From contig JAPLDX010000024.1 in assembly GCA_026391215.1 (NCBI GenBank), positions 1 through 22,799 on the forward strand: a stretch of 22,799 nt of DNA. The letters run 5' to 3'. The stretch is from Bacteroidia bacterium (GTDB lineage: Bacteria > Bacteroidota > Bacteroidia > Bacteroidales > VadinHA17). The position numbers and the translations under genes are program-made. Positions 16,607 through 22,799 of this stretch are shown here, one piece after another. Within the stretch, counting starts at the first letter, position 1. Every line of letters starts with the position of its first letter. Below the pieces are notes generated by a model. It saw only the letters and a list, made by a program, of their open reading frames with translations, did not search any database and was not told where the DNA came from.

Positions 16607-16674
16607 ACGGCTCACGGCAAACGGCTTATATAATGATTATGGCCACATGCCGCGCACCGCACACCACAAGCCGA
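16607..16674. repeat. Two oppositely oriented heptamer-period arrays
   Basis: ACGGC at 16607, 16614, 16621; RCCR(C/A) at 16642, 16649, 16656, 16663, 16670. Confidence 0.65.
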
Positions 16675-16693
16675 TAACTTAATATTGATAATT

Positions 16694-17071
16694 ATGCAAT
16701 TAACTAAGGCAGAAGAACAGGTTATGCAGATTTTGTGGGAGATGGAGGAGGGACTAGTCAAAGATATCCGGGATCAGTTTCAGGATCCAAAACCCGCAAG
16801 AAATACTGTATCCACTGTAGTAAGAGTTCTTGAAAAGAAAGGTTTTATAGGACACAAGGCTTACAGCAATGTTCACAGCTATTTCCCGCTTGTTTCGAAG
16901 AACGAATACTCAAAAAAGCAGCTTTTCGGGCTTATGGAGAGTTATTTTGACAATTCGTTTCCCGCCTTAACATCATTCTTTGCAAGGGAAAAAGATCTGT
17001 CGGTAAAAGAGCTTGACAGGCTCCTTGATGAAACCAGAAAGGAATTAAAAAGAAACAAAAAGAGAAAATAA
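16694..17071 (+). CDS. BlaI/MecI/CopY family transcriptional repressor
   Basis: LTKAEEQVMQILW, NTVSTVVRVLEKKGFI, YFPLVS..EY, YFDNS; ATG at 16694. Confidence 0.95.
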   Translation: MQLTKAEEQVMQILWEMEEGLVKDIRDQFQDPKPARNTVSTVVRVLEKKGFIGHKAYSNVHSYFPLVSKNEYSKKQLFGLMESYFDNSFPALTSFFAREKDLSVKELDRLLDETRKELKRNKKRK

Positions 17072-19164
17072 TGGAAGCTTTTACAACTTACCTTTTAAAA
17101 TCAATTGTTTGGCTGACAGGATTTGCAGTGATCTATCTTCTGTTTTTACGGAATGAGCGATTCTTCCAGCTTAAGAGAGTATATCTGATTTTCGGAATAC
17201 TTGTCTCTTTGATTCTTCCGGTTATATCAGTTCATTACCTGGTAGATGTGCCTGCACCCGCAGTAAGCAATATCAATTTAGATCAGACAGAAATTTCTGC
17301 CTCAGTTAAGGCGGCCGGACCAATTACAACAAAATCATTCGATTACCGGATGATTTTACTTCTTCTCTATCTTTCAGGTGTTTTGTTCCTTGGATACAGG
17401 ATCATTCGCCACATTATATTACTTCGTAAAGCAATAGGAAAGGCAAAAATAAATAACAGGGACTCTGCAAAACTGGTCAGGATTTCAGGATTTCCCGCCT
17501 CATTCTCATTTTTTAATTATGTTTTTATCAATCCTTCAGTGGATGAGGCAGAAGTTGAAGAGATAATGAACCATGAGCTCGTTCATGTGAACCAGAAACA
17601 CTGGCTGGACCTCCTGCTTGCGGAGATGCTTCGTATGTTCCAGTGGATAAATCCTTTTGTATGGATTTATACAGGTTTTATCAGGCTGAACAATGAATAC
17701 CTGGCGGACAGGATGGCGCTGCAGCGCACTTCCAATCCGGCAAATTACAAGGCGACCCTTGTAAACCAGCTATTCAGCACTCCGGTGATCAGCCTGTCCA
17801 ACTCATTCAACTATTCACTTAACAAAAAACGATTTGACATGATGAAAAAAATAATCACATCGCCTTACAGGAAACTGAAGGTATTGTTAGTACTGCCGGT
17901 AATTGCAATTATTCTTTATGCTTTTGCAACACCGGAATACAGTTACATTCCTTCGTCAGAAAGTGCTATTAATCCTTTGACAATTTATGAAACACAACCG
18001 ATCATCCAGAAAGAAGTTAAAGGAATTGTGCTTAACAAGGAGGGAAAGCCTCTTGCCGGAGTTGTTATTATGAGTTCAGGTACTTCCGGAAATGCCCGCG
18101 GGACAGAGACCGGTGCGAATGGACAATTTACCATAACCGATGTACAGGATGAAGCATCACTAATGTTTTATCGCAGAGGGTACAAACCATTGACCCTTAA
18201 ACCAGATTTTGCATCCGAAATGAAAGTTACTATGGAAGTGGACCCTGAATATAAGGCACCCCTGGAAACAAGTACCAATACTCCCGGAATACCTACACCT
18301 CCACAGGAACTGGTTGTAATTGACGGCGTAATTTCAGAGAACTCCTATTTTGAAGTTATGAAGGAACTTGGTTATAACCTGGGTCCGGTTAAATCATTAT
18401 TCGGAAAAGAAGCAATAGATAAATATGGAGATAAAGGAATTAATGGAGTCCGGGAAATAACCACCAGGAAGAAAGCAATTGAAATGGGTCAGAAAGTTCC
18501 TTTGCCCAGGCTGGCGCCTGCAGATTATCCGACATTCCAAGGTAAACGATTCACCGGTTTTTCAGACTGGATTTGCACCCAGACAAAATATCCGGAGGCT
18601 GCAAAAACCAGAAATATTGAAGGTTGGGTCACTGTAAATTTCACCGTTGAACTGGATGGCTCTATGAGTGATATCAAATCAACACTGGGAGATCCGTTGC
18701 TAGTTGAGGAAATTAAAAGGGTGATCTATTCTGCTCCTAAATGGGATCCGCCACAGAATCCTGAAGTAGATTCTCCATTTAACTCAAGCGTCACTCTGGA
18801 ATTCAAACTGCCTGATAGGATTAGCAGGGATGAGCCATTTGTTGTGGTTGAACAGATGCCAATGTATCCGGGTGGTGATGTAGCACTATTATACTTCATT
18901 GAAAACAACACAAAATATCCGGAGGAAGCTAAAGCTCAAAAAATTGAAGGGAGAGTTATTGTAAGGTTCATTGTTAATACAGAAGGTTATACTGAGGGTA
19001 TTTCAGTAATAAAAGGAGTTCACCCCCTTCTTGATGCCGAAGCAGTAAGGGTAATAAGCATTATGCCAAAATTCGAACCAGGAATGCAGGGAGGCAAAGC
19101 AGTCAACGTATGGTATATGGCTCCGGTAAATTTTTTATTGACCAAAACCGATACGCCAAAATAA
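17071..19164 (+). CDS. BlaR1-like M56 peptidase fused to a carboxypeptidase-regulatory-like domain and two TonB C-terminal domains
   Basis: FSFFNYVF, HELVH (HExxH), WINPFVW, EYLAD, LNKKRFDMM; VKGIVLNKEGKPLAGV; two YPE.AK...IEG.V.V.F.V repeats. Confidence 0.92.
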   Translation: MEAFTTYLLKSIVWLTGFAVIYLLFLRNERFFQLKRVYLIFGILVSLILPVISVHYLVDVPAPAVSNINLDQTEISASVKAAGPITTKSFDYRMILLLLYLSGVLFLGYRIIRHIILLRKAIGKAKINNRDSAKLVRISGFPASFSFFNYVFINPSVDEAEVEEIMNHELVHVNQKHWLDLLLAEMLRMFQWINPFVWIYTGFIRLNNEYLADRMALQRTSNPANYKATLVNQLFSTPVISLSNSFNYSLNKKRFDMMKKIITSPYRKLKVLLVLPVIAIILYAFATPEYSYIPSSESAINPLTIYETQPIIQKEVKGIVLNKEGKPLAGVVIMSSGTSGNARGTETGANGQFTITDVQDEASLMFYRRGYKPLTLKPDFASEMKVTMEVDPEYKAPLETSTNTPGIPTPPQELVVIDGVISENSYFEVMKELGYNLGPVKSLFGKEAIDKYGDKGINGVREITTRKKAIEMGQKVPLPRLAPADYPTFQGKRFTGFSDWICTQTKYPEAAKTRNIEGWVTVNFTVELDGSMSDIKSTLGDPLLVEEIKRVIYSAPKWDPPQNPEVDSPFNSSVTLEFKLPDRISRDEPFVVVEQMPMYPGGDVALLYFIENNTKYPEEAKAQKIEGRVIVRFIVNTEGYTEGISVIKGVHPLLDAEAVRVISIMPKFEPGMQGGKAVNVWYMAPVNFLLTKTDTPK

Positions 19165-19204
19165 AGTTATTAGCTCTCAGCATATTAATAAAGTCAGACT
19201 AAGT

Positions 19205-19234
19205 AAAGGTGCGGTTCGGGGGCCGCACCTTTTA
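19205..19234. terminator. Probable bidirectional intrinsic terminator between convergent genes
   Basis: AAAGGTGCGG (19205-19214) / CCGCACCTTT (19223-19232) stem with A/T-rich flanks. Confidence 0.8.
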
Positions 19235-21304
19235 TTATTTCCGGATGAAAATAAAATCCCCACCCTCATCTCCAACATTTTGGATAACACCATATTGAGG
19301 CACATTGGGACTGTTGTTCATTACAGCCTGCTTGAAACTGCTGAACAGAATCTCAGAGGGGAGGAACCTTTCCTCGTTTTCATCAAGCCTCTCCACGAGA
19401 TATTTTATAAACATACTTTCATCAGGCACTTCCTGCAAAATGCCGCTTGTTATAGCTTTCCTGCTTGAGAGTTCATAGAGCTTCTCAATTCCCCTTGGTG
19501 TATCGGTGAAAGCAGCTCTTGATTTGAAAATGGCACCACTGAAGCATGCGTCAGCTATAAGGATTGTATGTTTTGTCTGAATACTTCCTATATCATCCCT
19601 TAAGGAGCTGTTGCTGTACCAGTTAACAGAATTACTTTTCAAAGCATCAGAAGGCAGCCAGTAACCCACTTTACCCTTTTCATCCCAGTTTCCATGGCCT
19701 GCATAGAAAATAAGCAGATTATCGTTGGGGGTAAGCTTTTTTTTGAAATTATCAAATGCCATAATTATCTCTCCCCGTGTAGGATTCTTGAGAAAGATAA
19801 CATGATCTTTTTCAAAGGTATATTTTGACAGAAGGACATTAAAAAGACTTTCAGCATCTTTTACAGGATTATCAAGATCCGAAATTTCATCACTCTGATA
19901 TTCATTTATTCCTATCAGGAGTGCATAATATTTACCTTTTGCTATTTCAGGAACATTTACACCAGGCACATTTGCATTGTCTGCTGTGCAATCAATAATA
20001 AGCTTCTGCTCATTCATAATTCCTTTATTATTGATTGCCACAAGGGCTATTATGTTCTCTCCTTTTACAAGATCATGATTGAACTGAAAAATTCCGCCTT
20101 CCGATAGTTTTATGAGATTCTTATCAATAAGGAAAGTATTTATTCCTACCGGATCTGAAACGCGGCCAACAATAAGAATGGAACTTTTGTCATGAGTAAC
20201 CCTTCCGCGTGTTGCGACAGGGGAAAAGATTTCCATCATGGCATTGTTCCTCAGAACTCCGTCTTTTTGTGGTTTAATAATTGGCTGATTATCAGAAGTT
20301 GTTGTTATTGTTGTTTTTTCTGTAGTGGCAATCCACTGTGTTTCATCAACACCGGACAGAACCCAGGTGTCAAGTTTTTCAGAATGAAGCGAAGCAGAAA
20401 TAAAATCCGGATGCAGCGGGGAAAATTCAGTCGTTAGAACAATCTGTCCCTGTTTGGCTGATTGTGACAGGATCTTGCCGGTGGCAGCGTCCCACAGAAT
20501 TATCATCTGATCGTGCCCTCCGCTCAGGAGATATTTACCATCAGGGCTGTAATCAATTGTCTGAACCCATTCTTTATGGCCTTTAAAAGAATTAATGATG
20601 TTAAGGTCAGGAACCGAGGAGGTATAAATCATTCCGTCATAACCGCAGCTGGCAATAACTGTGCCGTCAGGATTAAATTCAAGATCACGCACCCATCCGT
20701 TATGGATCTGCTTTGATTTAATAATACTCCAGCTGGTTGTATTCCAGAGAATTACAGTATTATCGCCTCCTCCCGAAGCAAGAATTTTTCCATCCGGGCT
20801 GAACCTGACCACATTGACATCCTTTCTGTGTCCTTTCAACTCGAACAACAGCGTATTCTGCTTTAAATCCCATATAAATACAGATTTATCAGTGCCTCCT
20901 GATGCAAGTAGTCTGCCATCAGGACTTATATCAAGAGTTTTAACCGGGCCCGTATGACCCTTTAAATTTCCTGCAATACTTGCAGCCTCAGGATTCCATA
21001 CTGTTATAATGTTATCTTCGCCGGCAGATACAAGGGCAGATTTATCAGGGGAAAAAACCGCTGCGTTCTGACGGCTTTTCAATCCGGTAAGAGTCTTGTA
21101 TATTGTCCCTTTTTCTGCATTCCAGATAATTACATTATTATCTGATCCGCTCGTTATTATATAATTTCCATCAGGAGTAAATGACGCAAAATAGATCTGA
21201 TGGTTTGCTTCGCCAAAAGTCTTCTTGACATTGAAGCCAAATTGGCCTGCGGCTGTTACCCAGATCCCGGATAAGACAGAAAATAAAATCAATCTGCGCC
21301 ACAT
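19235..21304 (-). CDS. Exported WD40 beta-propeller + Ig-like + caspase-family (peptidase C14) protein
   Basis: Signal peptide ending AAG-Q; seven xSPDG...SG..D..V.IW-type repeats; YALLIGINEY, LDNPVKDA, FYAGHG and DACFSG catalytic dyad. Confidence 0.92.
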   Translation of the reverse strand: MWRRLILFSVLSGIWVTAAGQFGFNVKKTFGEANHQIYFASFTPDGNYIITSGSDNNVIIWNAEKGTIYKTLTGLKSRQNAAVFSPDKSALVSAGEDNIITVWNPEAASIAGNLKGHTGPVKTLDISPDGRLLASGGTDKSVFIWDLKQNTLLFELKGHRKDVNVVRFSPDGKILASGGGDNTVILWNTTSWSIIKSKQIHNGWVRDLEFNPDGTVIASCGYDGMIYTSSVPDLNIINSFKGHKEWVQTIDYSPDGKYLLSGGHDQMIILWDAATGKILSQSAKQGQIVLTTEFSPLHPDFISASLHSEKLDTWVLSGVDETQWIATTEKTTITTTSDNQPIIKPQKDGVLRNNAMMEIFSPVATRGRVTHDKSSILIVGRVSDPVGINTFLIDKNLIKLSEGGIFQFNHDLVKGENIIALVAINNKGIMNEQKLIIDCTADNANVPGVNVPEIAKGKYYALLIGINEYQSDEISDLDNPVKDAESLFNVLLSKYTFEKDHVIFLKNPTRGEIIMAFDNFKKKLTPNDNLLIFYAGHGNWDEKGKVGYWLPSDALKSNSVNWYSNSSLRDDIGSIQTKHTILIADACFSGAIFKSRAAFTDTPRGIEKLYELSSRKAITSGILQEVPDESMFIKYLVERLDENEERFLPSEILFSSFKQAVMNNSPNVPQYGVIQNVGDEGGDFIFIRK

Positions 21305-21305
21305 G

Positions 21306-22052
21306 TTATAAATCTTTTGATTTGAGAAAGCTGAATCTTAATCCCGCTTCAGCGAGGAAAGCACCAAGATTCCCGTCAACATTATTTTCACGGGAATCAT
21401 ACGGGAAATTATTTTCATTTATAAAAATAATGTTGAATCCGGATGCGAACCAGAAAGCAACTTTATCATTTGGAGAATATTCAATTCCGATTCCCGGATT
21501 AATTCCAAATCCAAAATTCTTTTGCAGATATGGCCATGGTGAGTCATCACCCGGGTCATTCAGTCCAAAATCGATACAATCCTCCCAGTAACGATCCCTA
21601 AAAGGTGCTTTTGTGTAGTTTATGCTTAATCCGGCATAGAGAAACGGTCTGAACTTGTTCTGCGGAATAAGATATAATTTAGGTTTGACACTCAGGCTGA
21701 GGTTTAACAGACTCATTTCATTCAGACCTGAAGAAAGCATCGTTACCGAATCCTTCCAGACTTCGTACATCAACCAGTCATAGTCATCGATTACACAGTG
21801 CCATTTGGATGAATACATGACTCCGATTTCAGCAATAAGAGAAAACTTACTGCTAATATTGAACTGAACACCTGCTTCTACTGAAATACCCGGTTTATAC
21901 CAGGGCATCTGTTTCGGAACAGGATCTATTGTTTTATCTCCTAAAGTCTTGAAAGTGCCAATAGAAAAATTTATGCTTGCTTTTTGTTCGAACTGAGCAC
22001 TGACGGCTAATGAAAAGACAAGAAACGCGAGAATTAAACCATTTTTCTTCAT
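21306..22052 (-). CDS. Outer-membrane beta-barrel protein (OmpA/OmpW-like 8-stranded type)
   Basis: Signal peptide ending VSA-Q; amphipathic strands, RPFLYAGLS, FGINPGIGIEY, EAGLRFSF near the C-terminus. Confidence 0.75.
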   Translation of the reverse strand: MKKNGLILAFLVFSLAVSAQFEQKASINFSIGTFKTLGDKTIDPVPKQMPWYKPGISVEAGVQFNISSKFSLIAEIGVMYSSKWHCVIDDYDWLMYEVWKDSVTMLSSGLNEMSLLNLSLSVKPKLYLIPQNKFRPFLYAGLSINYTKAPFRDRYWEDCIDFGLNDPGDDSPWPYLQKNFGFGINPGIGIEYSPNDKVAFWFASGFNIIFINENNFPYDSRENNVDGNLGAFLAEAGLRFSFLKSKDL

Positions 22053-22157
22053 GATACAGAAATTTAGTTACACCCTTTCAAATAGCAAGTTACGCTAAAA
22101 AAATGTTACAAGCTTTTAAAAGAGTGAGAAATATAAAAGAGAACTGAGTTTTTAAAG

Positions 22158-22799
22158 CTACCTTCTTCTGAGGTCTTCAGGATTTAGTGTGATCAGATGC
22201 CCGATTGGTTTTCCATCTCTGTATGTGATAACTCGCAGAGTTACAGGGCCTCCTTCCGGAAGGTCAAACAGCCCGGTATATTTTGGTGAATATTTATCAG
22301 GCATGGCATCATCAACAGTATAATAAATATCAAGTCCGGGAGCTTCGCTTTCCATTGTAACAGTAATCTTCCCCTCCTTTATTCTTGATGAAATTATAGG
22401 ATCATACATTGCCCTGGAATAGTTGATTTCTGCAGCATCACTACGGTCAAATTGTATTTCGACGCGCCGTACAAAAACAGTCCATTCTTTCTTTTTATCA
22501 GGAGACCATAACACTTCAGACAGCGCCCATCCCCTCGGCCATGCCATATATTCTGCCTGTCTTAAAGTAGAAATCTGCTCTGTCCAGAGATTTCCCTGTC
22601 CGCCAAGGATATGTTTTGCATCAACGCCATCCGGAACAGGATTGAAACTGTAACATTTCTTTAATCGAAGACTTGCATAAATCGGAGGCTCTATTGTTGG
22701 TTCTCCCTGCTGGTAATCGAGATAGGCAAATGTAGTCGGCGTCATCACAACATCATGTCCCATTTTTGCAGCCTCAATGCCACCCTTCATGCCTCTCCA
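22158..22799 (-). CDS. GH20 beta-N-acetylhexosaminidase, C-terminal part (5' end lies outside the window)
   Basis: GHDVVMTP..AYLDY, ILGGQGNLWTE, YMAWPRGWALSEVLWS, then a chitobiase/Fn3-like IYYTVD...P domain. Confidence 0.9.
   Translation of the reverse strand, partial: WRGMKGGIEAAKMGHDVVMTPTTFAYLDYQQGEPTIEPPIYASLRLKKCYSFNPVPDGVDAKHILGGQGNLWTEQISTLRQAEYMAWPRGWALSEVLWSPDKKKEWTVFVRRVEIQFDRSDAAEINYSRAMYDPIISSRIKEGKITVTMESEAPGLDIYYTVDDAMPDKYSPKYTGLFDLPEGGPVTLRVITYRDGKPIGHLITLNPEDLRRR

Noticed and set aside
17071-19164. Beta-lactam resistance locus (blaR1/blaI)
   Set aside because: No penicillin-binding sensor domain and no beta-lactamase in the window.

Overview
Chromosomal window from a Bacteroidota (probably Bacteroidales) bacterium, inferred from the gene set and repeated TAnnTTTG (-7) promoter elements. 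Mostly housekeeping and metabolic genes: APC permease, tRNA-CAT (probably Ile2), mtnA plus a class II aldolase, TetR, lgt, Ig-like lipoprotein, a ROK/CBM9-like/SIS/ROK sugar cluster, acyl-CoA synthetase, ispD, DUF4197-like lipoprotein, a GNAT-like protein, BlaI + M56-TonB, a WD40-caspase, an outer-membrane barrel and a partial GH20 hexosaminidase. The most unusual part is 15884-16449 on the minus strand. A small GIY-YIG nuclease gene and an intact tRNA-Val(GAC) lie between two degenerate copies of a second tRNA-Val(GAC). In both copies the same 16-nt hairpin (TCCGCCAGCCGGCGGA) replaces the 10 nt just 5' of the anticodon, and the block appears to share one promoter and one terminator. Also seen: a TIR-domain N-terminal remnant not in the ORF track (1471-1584), a 43-bp tandem REP-like hairpin repeat, heptamer arrays and candidate TetR and BlaI operators. 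All family calls come from motif recognition by eye; no searches were run.
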